A program made the translations under genes and the position numbers. Source: Octopus sinensis (taxonomy: Eukaryota). Taken from it: DNA of 64,000 nucleotides. Location of the stretch: positions 135,470,001 through 135,534,000 of the forward strand of contig NC_042997.1 in assembly GCF_006345805.1 (NCBI RefSeq), read 5' to 3'. Positions 14,371-26,312 of this stretch are shown piece after piece. Position 1 is the first letter of the stretch, and every line of letters starts with the position of its first letter. The notes beneath the pieces were generated by a model. It worked only from the letters and a program-made list of their open reading frames with translations. It ran no database searches and was not told the origin of the DNA.

Positions 14371-17300
14371 TGGACCTCAAAACGAAGATGGCACCAAATT
14401 GTGAAAAGAAAGAGTTAAATCTTCCGCTGAGAGCATGGGCGATTGCTAGTGGCGATCCGCCGAACAACATCATCACTGCCGCGCTAAAAAACAATGGTTT
14501 TCATAAAACCATTGACCAGATAGAGCGGAAGAAAAATGAGTTTACCCGGTCTTACCACACATCAAAACACTGGACAACATAATTGAAAATTATTGTGGCA
14601 AAGCTGATGAGGATGAAGAGGACGAAAAAGAGAAGGAAGCCGGAAAAATCTGTGATCCAGGGGTTCCTCAGGAAAATGGATCACCCACCCCGGTGAACGA
14701 CCAAGAAGTAAAGGATAGGGGAGCCAAGGGAGCAGAAACCGGAAGCCCCCCTGTACCAGTGGTCCTACGAAAAAATGAAAAATTAGAAAAATTAGAAAAG
14801 CAGAAGAAAAAAAGGAAGGACCGAAAACAAAAATAAGGAGGGAAAAGGAAGAGAAGGCAAAACAACCAAAGCTGAAACCCCAACCCACCACACAAACAGC
14901 AGAGAACCCCATGGAGGATCCAATGCCACCCAGTACACTTCAGGAAAGAAGAAATCTGGAAGGCACCGAAGAGCCTGTAAGTTCTACCTGCGGGGCAGAT
15001 GTTGTCATGATGAGGACGGCAAGAACTGCCGGTTCGCCCACCCGACACCCCGCCAGAACTTCAGGTGACTCAAAGAGAAAAACTTTACCGAGGGAACACA
15101 AGAAATGTCTCCCAGGAAAACTTTCAAAAACGAAGTGCGCTCCTCAGCTGTTCTGCGCAACGCAGCAGCTGAGCCAAAGGCTTTTTTATGCATGGCGGAA
15201 ATAATTGTCCGTCAGCTAACCTGGCTACTCCAAGCACAGAGAAGGAACCCTGCCCACCACTATGCAAGACCACCACAGTCAACAGACACGGGATGGCCTC
15301 CCCTAACGCCTGCACAGCCGTCACCCCAATACTTTAACTAAATATTGGTGGCCTGTTGCATCAAAATAGAAACAAAATTTCTTTCGAGAGAGATCTTACT
15401 GCATGCAATCAAGCCCTATGCATAACACTTGTGGAAACTCACCTCAACCCTGATATAGAGGATGCAGAAGTACACATACCAAACTATGCCATACTGCGAA
15501 CAGACAGAAGGGAAAGGAGCCATGGTGGAGTTGCTGTAGACATCCGAGATGACCTCATACCCCAGGTCTTGATGACATACTCAAATTCGGTATGTGACAC
15601 CTTAATTGTATACATAAGACAACATAATATAGTCATATGCAATACATATTGCCCACCGGATGCCCCAAATCATATAGGCAAGTTTGAAGATTGCCTCACA
15701 AGAATTAAAGAAATCCTCATGAATCTGGAACACCACGTGACCATATTTCTTATGATTTTAACTTCCCCAACGTCAAATTGCCCGAAGGTCACATACTCTC
15801 AGGAATGAATCATTGCAAGCAAGTACAGGTGGAGTCCCTGCTCAACCTCACCAATGCCTTATTCATGGAGCAAGTTGTACTCAAGCCAACTAGGGCGAAT
15901 AACATTCTGGATCTCTGCTTCACGAACAATATGGACATCATTCATGATGTGAAAGTGAAACCGACATCAGTTTCGGATCACAACATAATAGAACTGTCTA
16001 TGTTTGGGCCGAAAGTAACCAGAGACATACAGCCTAAAGGAAGCACCCGAAATCTCTCCAATCTGAACTTCCACAAAGCAGATTGGAAATCGATCCTAAA
16101 AGAGATCCTTAGAGAGGACTGGCCGGAATGTCTCTCCACACCAGACATTGACATGAAACTAGAATGTTTCATGTCTTCTGTGCAAGCCGTATGCCAGAAA
16201 TATGTCCCAGAGCACAAGGCCAAAACAAATAGGAGCAAGATTCCAAGAGACAGGAAGATCCTCATGAGACGACGGACGAAGGTTGCAAATCGTCTCAACC
16301 AACATCCCAAAAGTAGCGAAACGTCCCGCCTAAAAACAACACTGATGGAGATCGAAAAAAGGCTGCAACAATCCTATGTGAAGGAGAAAGCAGACAAAGA
16401 AGCCTGGGTTATAAATAACATTAAATCAAACCCAAAGGCCTTCTTTCATTACGCGAAAGAAACAGTCTCAGTGCACTACAAGATAGGACCCCTCCTCCAA
16501 AAGGATGGCTCCCTCACAGACAGTCCAACTATGATCAGTGAGATGCTGAATGACCAGTTCAAAAGTGTCTTTACCACCCTGTTAGAACACAGACAAGTGA
16601 ACGAACCAGTGGACTTCTTTGCCGCCTCACCTATAACCAGCGAGGCGGTTACAATAGAATGTATTGACATTAGCGAAAAAGATGTCCTACTAGCCATAGA
16701 TGAAGTGGACACAAACTCAGCTGCTGGTCCAGACGGTTTCCAAGCCATCCTCCTGAAAGCGTGTAAGCATGCCCTGGCAAAACCCCTCAAGATTCTCTTC
16801 CAGAGCTTTCTTGCGAATGGCAAACTGCCAAGCAAGCTGAAGGAGGGTATAATATGCCCAATACATAAAGGGGGACGTAGAGCAGATGCCACAAAACTAT
16901 AGGCCTATCTCTCTGACTTCACACATCAGCAAAGTCATGGAACAGATAGTCAGAAAGAAACTAATCGCATTCCTTGAGGAGAATAACTTGCTGAGTAATA
17001 CCCAGCATGGTTTTCGACCAGGTAGGAGCTGCCTCACCCAGCTCTTACAGCATTATGACTGGGTGTTGAGGCAGTTTCTCAACAAATCAAATGTGGACGT
17101 AATCTACCTTGATTTTGCAAAAGCTTTTGACAAGGTGGATCATGGTATGATATGCCACAAACTACGTGACCTCGGCATAGCTGGAAAACTTGGAGTGTGG
17201 TTGCATGACTTCCTGAAAGATAGGAGTCAGGCAGTAGTGGTTAATGGAGCCACCTCTATGAACACACAAATAGTGAGCGGTGTTCCACAGAGCGGTGTTC

Positions 17301-18349
17301 CACAGGGCACTGTCTTGGGACCACTGCTTTTTATAGTGGCCCTCTCAAATGCCCGGGTAGCCACTCTGGCCAGCTATGCGGACGATACGAAAGTCTCGCA
17401 GAAAATACAGAACCCCAGCGATATTGCACACCTGCAGCAGGAGTTGGAGTCAATCTACAGATGCCCTGAGGATAATAATATGCAGTTTAATGCTGAAAAA
17501 TTCCAGGCTCTGCGCTACCAGCATCCAAAACTGAATATTAAACTTACAGGATACACCGGTCCACAGGGAATTTCAATCCCAGAGCCTAATTCTGTGGGGG
17601 ACCTGGGTATCGACATGAGTGATGATACCTCTTTCCAAGTGCACATTACCAGGATGGCGACAAAGTGCAGACGACTGGCTGGGTGAAATCCTAAGAACAT
17701 TCAGAACCAGAGATAAGGAAACCATGATGGTCCTCTGGCGGATATTCGTCCTCAGTCGCCTGGATTACTGCTCACAGCTATGGTCACCCACCAGTGTAAA
17801 ATTAACAGCGGACCTTGAAGCAATCCAGAGAATATTCACAAAGAAGATCGTCTATTTGCAACAGCTCAGCTACTGGGAAAGGTTGAAACAGCTAAGACTC
17901 TACTCCCTGGAGAGAAGACGGGAGAGGTATGCAGTAATATATGTCTGGAAGATCCTGGAAGGAATTGTACCAAATTTTGGCATTGTAAGCTACACCAATG
18001 CTAGAACGGGACGACACTGCATAGTGCCAAAGATCCCAGCAATGCCATCACGCTTCAGGACCAGCTTCTGCAACAGCCTGGGTTTCAAGGGCCCACAACT
18101 TTTTAATATTCTCCCAAAGAGTCTGAGGAACTTGCACAAAGTAGATGTAACGGTTTTTAAATCAAAGCTGGACATCTTCCTGTCAAGAGTCCCAGATGAA
18201 CCTACATTACAGCAAGAGGTGCAAATGAGAGTAGCTGTATCAAACTCCATTCTTCACCAAGTGCCACATATTAGACGAGGTTCGTCGTAATAACAGTGTA
18301 GCACAAAACGGCGGTGCATCAGCATGGCCGCAGCTCTGAGCTGAAACTA

Positions 18350-18352
<3 letters not shown>
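14370..18352 (+). mobile_element. Near-full-length CR1/L2-group non-LTR retrotransposon (disrupted ORF1 + APE-RT ORF2)
   Basis: ORF1 from ATG 14388. APE endonuclease motifs (LVETHL, RTDR..SHGGVA, PTRANNILDL, SDHN). RT motifs (NYRPISLTS, QHGFRPGRSC, YLDFAKAFDKVDH, SGVPQGTVLGPLLF, YADDTK). C-terminal LYSLERRRERY. 3' stem-loop tail at 18310-18352. Confidence 0.93.
15356..18290 (+). pseudogene. LINE ORF2 (apurinic endonuclease + reverse transcriptase), split by 3 frameshifts
   Basis: Overlapping ORFs 15356-15808, 15778-16902, 16886-17686 and 17619-18290 join into one EN-RT protein. In-frame 15-bp duplication (SGVPQSGVPQG) near 17276-17305. Confidence 0.92.
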
Positions 18353-18389
<37 letters not shown>

Positions 18390-18392
<3 letters not shown>

Positions 18393-18557
18393 CAATTAAG
18401 GAACGGCCATAATAGGCCATTCACCCACTAGAAATAACAGCCAAAGCTTCTACCGCAAATAAAGATTAATTCCGTAAACAGGAGAAAATTAAAAAAAACA
18501 TTTACCCTGTAATTTCTTGTACGGTATACCGTTTCATCCGCTATATTGATTAATTAT
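18390..18557 (-). mobile_element. Dispersed, diverged fragment of the 486-bp HHR repeat family
   Basis: Reverse complement reads GATGAAACGGTATACCGTACAAGAAATTACAGGGTAAATG...GGCCTATTATGGCCGTTCCTT, matching 26558-26700. Followed by an inverted CTATATTGATTAATTA. Confidence 0.9.
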
Positions 18558-18603
18558 ATATATATATATTATATTATATATATATATATATATAATATAT
18601 ATA

Positions 18604-18699
<96 letters not shown>

Positions 18700-18720
18700 A
18701 GAGGGATGGCCACCATGACG

Positions 18721-18793
18721 ATCATACCGAAGAGCTACGGAGAATTGCGTAAGTAAAACTGCGTAACTCTTGATAGCGAAACATGTCTGTGAT
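18721..18793 (+). ncRNA. Type I hammerhead-like motif (core CCGAAGA, U4C variant) in a solo pseudo-LTR-like element (~18690-19065)
   Basis: Stem I ATCATA/TGTGAT; core CCGAAGA; stem II GCTA...TAGC; GAAA; palindromic stem III ACATGT; cleavage triplet GUC. Confidence 0.7.
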
Positions 18794-19106
18794 TAATCTA
18801 TATTTTTGTTTCTTGTCATTTGCCTTGCTCTCTTACGTTCTGGCGTTTGCTAAATTCTCTTGAGACCATTCCTTTCATAGTGGTAAGACCATAACGGATC
18901 TACTTCTAACAAAAGGATTGTCCACGTAGTGGACATCCCTCTTATATGTATGTAATATAATTTTCTGAACCTTCAGATTTTAATATGCTTGACCACTGGT
19001 TTTAAATTGATATTAATCTAATTAATATTCAATTTTTTACCCTTATTATTTTAAATTTAAATTTATATGTATATATATATATATATAAATATATAAATAT
19101 ATATAA

Positions 19107-19141
<35 letters not shown>

Positions 19142-19465
19142 TGTATGTATGTATGTATGTATGTATCCTTTAAGATCGTTTACTGGAAACGTTTTTGAGT
19201 AGGCATATAAACGTTTCTATTTTATTATGTCGGCTACATCCTAGTGATACCAACTCCCAAAAGCAGTTTTATAGAGTTGTACCGTGCTGTGCCGATGTCA
19301 TATAGGATACATACTAAACAATAGGCGGAATTTATGAACACTTTAATGCATCGCTACGTGCGTTTCCACAAATCGCATGTCGCATGTTACTTAAATCATA
19401 GTGATGATGTTCGACTTGTTTTGATAATAGCAACACACTTATCTCCCTCTCTTTTTATCATTACC

Positions 19466-19505
<40 letters not shown>

Positions 19506-19631
19506 ATTATCTTCGACCGATTCCCACCAAATACATATAGAACTGGCCACATACAACCTTCAACCATTTCATTGCTGAAAATTGATAAACAGCCTTCAAT
19601 TATACATGCGTTGCTTCCGACGTTAATGCAA

Positions 19632-19768
19632 TATTGCCTGAGGAAGCGAACGGGTGGATTATGACCTGCCCGATGTCCATGGATACTATAGACTATATTG
19701 TAATCATCTTAGGAATACGGAATATGATCGTAAGAATTATGTGACTTGTGGAAACGCGCGTAGCGATA
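19632..19768 (+). ncRNA. Type I hammerhead-like motif with long stem II insertion
   Basis: Stem I TATTGC/GCGATA; core CTGAGGA; ~105-nt stem II region; GAAA; palindromic stem III ACGCGCGT; triplet GUA. Confidence 0.65.
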
Positions 19769-21341
19769 CATGAAAATGTTTATAGATTCCATCCATGGAT
19801 TATTATTATTTATTTGTAAAGGTTTATTTTTTTATTAAATGACCTTGTTATGTTTCCGATTCTATATGTGACTGTTTAATCCTGCCATGTACAAAAGAAG
19901 TCTTGGAACTGTCTGAATTTTAAAGTGACCGTATTGTGGCTCATTATGAATGTGGAGATAGCGTAAAATACAGCACATGGCAGAAATTGTACCCAAAATG
20001 CTAGTGAACGAAATTTTGTACATACCCAACTGAGATGCGTTTTCTAAGAAAAATATATCACAAATGTTTATCCAAATTTAAAATATCTATCACTCAGATG
20101 TTATGCGAAAAATGCAAATTATATATATGTTGTGTCTACAATAGATTAGTTTGCAATTTTATTGCGTAGCGAAATGGTTCCATAGTTTCATTGTGAAATA
20201 ATTGTATAGTTACTGTTGTCAAAGCGTTACATACATAGATCATATGCAGAAGAGTATAATGCTGAGTAGATGAGAGAAAATGAGATAGTCAAGTATAAGA
20301 TAATGATTGTGAGGGTGAAGAAGTAAGGAAATAATATTACAGTATTTTGTCTCTAAGAGAGGTTTCATTTCATGGTTATTTGGAAATTATATACACATCT
20401 CATTACTGTTTGCAACAGTGATATCCATTTGACATTTTCACTGTAAAGAGAATATGCTTATTTTGAATCACATGATTGCGGTTGCTATATACGTACCATT
20501 AGAAAGGATACTTAATGATTTTTTAAAGAATATATATTCATAACTGACATACTTTAAATATATGTTACTATAATAGGTGAATGAATATAGGAGAATTTTT
20601 CAGAATACAGAGTATTTGGGTTTTGAAATTAAGACAACGTCTAAACACTCAGCAAAATAATTAGTGTGTTAAAAGAATAGAGAAGATAGCAAATGCATAC
20701 AAAATATATTTACATATATGTATGATTTTATTTCAAAAATTTACTACATATATTTGGTATTATTTTTAACTGATGTTTCTAAGCCAGTGTCTTTCTAATA
20801 CTAAAGAAGAGAAAAGTTGCAAGGTTCCCTACAGAAATGAAATCTCATATCTGAACGAAGCCAAGTAGCAGTGTTATACGTCTTACATCAGCCCTACCTG
20901 TCAGGAAGGACCCCTTAAACCAATAAGTCCAATAATAATTGAGCCTGCACAGTTAGAAGATATAGTATTAAATGTATCTGATATAATAAAAAAAAATGTG
21001 TAACATTGCCTACACGATTCGAAACTCGTATCTGCTGTAAATCATATTGCAGTACTAATTGCTAATCTAACTTAACATCATTTTTTCAAGTCCAAATTAG
21101 AAACCTTAACCTTAAAAAATCTAGGATTCATCATACTAGCGGCGGTATGTTAAGGGGTAACTCAGTCTATACAATATCAAGGCATCATGAGAGGAAGGGG
21201 AAAAGTAAGCATTTAAATATATCACATCTATTTGGCGTAGTTATTATCACAGATAGTGATACGAAAACAGTAGTTCAAAATAATATATAGCGGCATTTCA
21301 GATAATACGCACAACAGATCATGGTATATAATCTGGTAGAA

Positions 21342-21570
21342 GGCGGCGAGCTGGCAGAAACGTTAGCACGCCGGGCAAGACGCTTAGCTGTATTTCGTCT
21401 ACTGTTACGTTCTGAGTTCAAATTCCGCCGAGGTCGACTTTCATCCTTTCGAGGTCGATTAAATAAGTACCAGTAATGCACTGGGGTCGATATAATCGAC
21501 TTAATCCGTTTGTCTGTCCTTGTTTGTCCCTTCTGTGTTTAGTCCCTTGTGGGTAGTAAAGAAATAGGTA
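21342..21570 (+). mobile_element. tRNA-derived SINE (family A, tail type 1)
   Basis: Head GGCGGCGAGCTGGCAGAAACGTTAG, B-box-like GAGTTCAAATTCC, central CATCCTTTCG..GTCGATTAAATAAGTACCAG, tail CTTGTGGGTAGTAAAGAAATA. Several copies in window. Confidence 0.9.
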
Positions 21571-22122
21571 TAAAATCTGGTAGTTGAGGTTATATAAATC
21601 AGTAGTTACTGTGTTAGAACGGAAGAACAAATTACACAAAAGTGTTCGTAAAATTGCATATATACAAATATTCTTGTATACATTTTTGTCCAATGCGTCA
21701 TGTACAGAGAATGTGTTAAGTAAAGTATATTTGAATTGTATTCCTTCCTTTTCGTAGCAGCACGAAAAGCAAGTTACCGTTTTCGGTAAAACTAGTTCTA
21801 CACATGTTTCATATTTAGAAATAGCTGAACCAACAGTTTCTTTCAACGGTGAGATTTTGTTTAATGGAGGACGTGTCACCATAAAGTGTGGTAGCTTATA
21901 GCTGCAATATCATAGTTGACATGTGAGCTGCATAACTGATATTTGCCATAATAACTCTTGTAATGTTAAGATGCAAAGGGAAGTGGACATTTCTTAAGCT
22001 GATGGTGAAAATTCCCTAATAGTAATTGAACTATCCGACTTGTAACCCACCAGGACAGTCTATGGAATAACAAGACTTCTAGGAATAGTATAGAGAAGCA
22101 AAAGATTCCTTTTCATATTATA

Positions 22123-22252
22123 CAGGGTGTCCCCAAAAAATGTATACACACGTTAAATAATTGTAAATTTGTTATTCTTTGTAAGCCTAGTACTTATTCT
22201 ATCGTTCTCTTTTGCCGAACCACTATGTGTATACATTTTTTGAGACACCCTG
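22123..22252. mobile_element. 130-bp Tc1/mariner-type MITE
   Basis: TIRs CAGGGTGTCCCCAAAAAATGTATACACA / TGTGTATACATTTTTTGAGACACCCTG flanked by TA on both sides. Confidence 0.88.
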
Positions 22253-22669
22253 TATACTGCACCTATAGCAGTTCATTGTTTGAGTCATTCCATTTTTCAT
22301 ATAATAGTGTCTATTACAGTGGTAGTACGGAATATTCAATCGAGAATATGGCTGGAGAGGATCTCTCCTGCGAAACGTCTTCGACATATAATTTTCTTTG
22401 AAAATAAAATATTTTTCATAGAAGTATAACTTTTCTCCTCAAGAAAGTGACAATGCCATTCTTCATCAGCATATTAACGGAAGTAATGCTGCTGGTAATT
22501 CGTGGTCAAAACGTAGGCCTGTTGTTGACGGTATACAAATTCAATTGTTAAATGAAATGTATGGATGCAAGTTCGTATCGTTTGCACGTTGCATATGTCG
22601 TTTTCCTTTAAATGTAAGCCAAAGTATCACTACTATTTCATTGGTATGACAATGTCTAGTATTTACTGA

Positions 22670-22738
22670 GGCGGCGAGCTGGCAGAAACGTTAGCGTCGA
22701 TCTAATCAATGGGCCTTGTACCTAGCGTAGAAAAGAAT
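22670..22738 (+). mobile_element. Internally deleted SINE family A (head fused to tail type 2)
   Basis: GGCGGCGAGCTGGCAGAAACGTTAG directly joined to GTCGATCTAATC..GGGCCTTGTACCTAG.GTAGAAAAGAA. Confidence 0.75.
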
Positions 22739-22754
22739 ATATTGTATCTACTAA

Positions 22755-22975
22755 GGCGTCGTGCTGGTAGAAACTTTAGGACGCCGGGCGAAATGCTTAG
22801 CGGTATTTCGTCTGTCTTTACGTTCTGAGTTCAAATTCCACCGAGGTCGACTTTGCCTTTCATCCTTTCGGAGTCGATAAATTAAGTACCTGCTGTGTAC
22901 TGGTGGTCGATCTAATCGACTGACCCCCTCCTCCAAAATTTCGGGCCATGTGCCTAGATTAGAAAAGAAAAGAAT
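22755..22975 (+). mobile_element. tRNA-derived SINE (family A, tail type 2)
   Basis: Same head and core as 21342, but 3' end CCCCTCCTCCAAAATTTCGGGCCATGTGCCTAGATTAGAAAAGAA. Confidence 0.88.
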
Positions 22976-24863
22976 ATCTTGTTTCTACCATCGAATACAT
23001 TAAAACATTCGGAAATCTATGAATGGTGGAACAGAATCATTTATTACCCGGAAGAGTAACCTGGTATTTCTACTACTACTACAACTACTCCCATTACTAC
23101 TAATACTACTTCGAATATATACAATAAACAGAATAAATCCTATCGTAAAAGACATTTTTGTCAAGGGCGCATTTTCCTATTTATGATTTTCTAACACTTA
23201 ACGTTACCAACTGAATGAAAATTTGGCAGACAATATACCAGTAGAAACTCCATTATCGTGAAAATCTAGTTCTACTGTTGCTCATCTCCAATGCCAAATT
23301 AGCTTATAGTGACTGGGTGAGAAGCTTAAAGCGGTTTGTGGTTAACATCATTACAATATGGAAGAAGAAAATAGCAAGAAAAAATGTTAGTATGCCTATG
23401 AAGAAAATATGTTAATTCTAACAACTTCTCGACAAAACCGGAACCTTCAATGAATACATTATAACCTGAGGTTGCGCAAACTTTGCTCCGAAAGTGAGTA
23501 ATGTCCTCGGCCAATATTTCAGCGTGCAATGTCCTGTCTGGCAGATATCCTGGACAGTATTTGTTATGGGCCCATGTCCAAGATTATGAATGCACTAAGA
23601 AAAAGGTTACTGGGTAAGTCTCGTCATAAATCTTGTGTCATACTTGATACTTTTGCGATAAACCCTGCTGCCAAACTGGTGTCAAATGCATCATTCTGCA
23701 CTTTTGTGTTTCAATACCAGTGAGGCAGACAGGAGAATTTTGATTACGCCTTCGTGAGATGACTTGAGTGTCACGGTTTTCGATGGACCAATAATGCAAC
23801 ACACCTTTGTTAATACCAAGGAAAAAGATAAACGTACTGACACTTTAAAAAGAATATTGTCTTACAGTGAACTTTAAGAACTTAAGATGGTATAAACCGT
23901 TAGCACTTTCCTATTTCATATATTTGCACGAACCAATAATGGACATACTACGTGGGTTTTCGAATTGCTAGAAGACGCTTTGTCATCTTTAAAAAACTAA
24001 TTACATATTGGATAATACATTTCAGAGAAACTATGTCCGAAAAGACTGGACGGCTTAGATACGATGCCTTTGTACTTGGTTACGTCCGACACTAGCTAAT
24101 ATGAGGTAAACCACTTACTTGATTATGACTTAATATTCTATGACGAAGATAGTCTACTGAGTGGGACGTCTGTATAATATTACTTTGCTATTGATTTGAA
24201 AGGGTGACGTCGTAATTAAATTATTTCGAAATATGCCGGTAAAATCATATTAATATGACGTGTTTAATCTTGTATTGTACTTGGACTACCTAAACCTATA
24301 ACTTTAGAGAAGTGATTAACAATAATTACGAGAAAAATTTAAAATAAATAAAATGACTTGTTTCAATTTGAAAGCTTTGACCACTGAATAATCTGTGCAA
24401 AATCTGTTCAAAATATGATTATGTAAAATACCCACGAAATTATGATAATTGCGGGGTATTTTACATAATCTAAGTACTACCCTATTATTACGAAGAATTA
24501 AAGGAGTACTGGCAAAAAATAACTGAGAAACGGAGAAAGAATAACAATATTGTTTACTAATGCGAGTTACGTAGTGCAATAATTTATAAATGATATATAA
24601 TCTTCAGGATCTGCATTAATGGATTCCTACTCCATGTCATTCTATTTTCTTTCTTTCAGATCAGTAACTCTTCATCTTTATGGGTATAACGGAAGCTAAG
24701 TACCACTTGACATTCATTTTTGTAAACTTTACAAATTGCGTAGTTTTAAAATATGATTATCATTCTGCAACATTAAATAGTCACTGAATCACAGAAAAAA
24801 ATTACTAGAAATTTTAAGTTTCATTACAAACCTTTTTCGAGTAACACGGAGTGCTGTCTAACA

Positions 24864-25040
<177 letters not shown>

Positions 25041-25119
25041 TTGTGTATAGAAGAATATATTAATAAAAGGGATTCCAACCTTGTCTGATTTTCACGTTTT
25101 ATTTACAATCTTATAATGA

Positions 25120-26312
25120 TATAATATAAGATAATATAATATAATAAAATAAAATAAAATAATAGAATGTTAAATGTTCATTCTGATTGAACTAGTACTT
25201 TCATGCATTAAATTCTGCAATCTTCAGGTTCATGTAGTAGTGGTGACAGTCATGCTTCACAATTTTTGACTGTAGCGAGATGAATAAAGCTGTGCCTTAA
25301 ATACAGCTGTGTAGGCTCCAGATTGCTAGGTTTTGCAAACTGTATTCTTACCAACCAGTGTGTAGTATCACTCAATTACTTAAGCTGATTGGTTGGTTGA
25401 GCTGATTGGTTTAGGCGTCACGCTTTGTTGAACATGTCAAGAGTCCTGTATCTTAACCCTGGCCGAGGCAGCAATTGTTGGGCTATTTTTAGAAATGTTG
25501 TAAATAGCCTTTGTCAGAGATTTTTATATTTTTATATTTCAATTGTCATCATCATCATTGTCAGCACTTTAATTATTGTTGCTAGTGTTGATGGTGGTGG
25601 CAATAGAACTTTTAACCCTAAATAAGATAATTTTCCTGCTATCTAAGTATTATTATTATTGCTTATTTAGCTTGGGTTCGAATTTATCAATAAAATTCTT
25701 TTCTCTGATTTTCCTCTCGATTTCACTTGAGCTGTGTAATTTGTAGAATGGAAATATTATATATATTTTCCGACCACATGTTGCTAGGTGGTTACTCAAA
25801 GGTATCTGACGGACCTCTGGGTCTCTAATCTGTTGTCGGTGTACACGTGAGCATTCTGATAGTGCATATATTTCTTCACAATTTGGGCATTTGATGCAGT
25901 AAATTAAATTTCTGCTTTTGCAGTTCATATTCGCGTTTGTGAATATTTTCCCGGTTTTTGTGTTTATATATTGGCCGGTATGTATGAATTGGCATGTGCC
26001 ACATCAGCTATCATTGCATTCAGATACAGTGAATGTTTGGTCTTTGTTGCTAAGGTCAAATTTTGCCTTTGTTAGTAATTTTTTCAAGTTTTTAGGCTGT
26101 CTTTTACTATCCGTGATTATGTCTTTTAATTCATTACTTTGAGCAATGATTGGTAGGTTTGCTTTGGAAATGTTGAAGATACTCTGGTGACATGGGTTGT
26201 GTGTCACTATGAATGGTATGACTTCTTCTTGTTTTCCTCTTCCTTGGGTTGTCCTCAGTTGTTGTATGGGTATTTTTATAGCCCGCTGTATGCCATTTTC
26301 TATAAGTAGAGA
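25120..26312 (-). mobile_element. 5'-truncated Penelope-like element (Neptune-type GIY-YIG endonuclease end plus 3' pseudo-LTR)
   Basis: Minus strand: LLIENGIQRAIKIP..IPFIVTHNP..SKRQPKNLKKLLTKAKF, then NCKSRNLIYCIKCPNCEEIY...HRQQIR...NHL..C...FPFYK...RKIREKNFIDKFEPKLN* (25656-25928). HHR downstream. Confidence 0.9.
25188..25232 (-). ncRNA. Minimal type I hammerhead ribozyme in PLE 3' pseudo-LTR
   Basis: Minus strand TGAAC-CTGAAGA-TTGCA gaatttaa TGCAT-GAAA-GTAC-TA-GTTCA: stem I, canonical core, stem II, palindromic stem III AGTACT. Confidence 0.82.

Noticed and set aside
23220-23760. Slightly GC-richer stretch with short ORFs, possible decayed retroelement
   Set aside because: No diagnostic motif could be read in any frame
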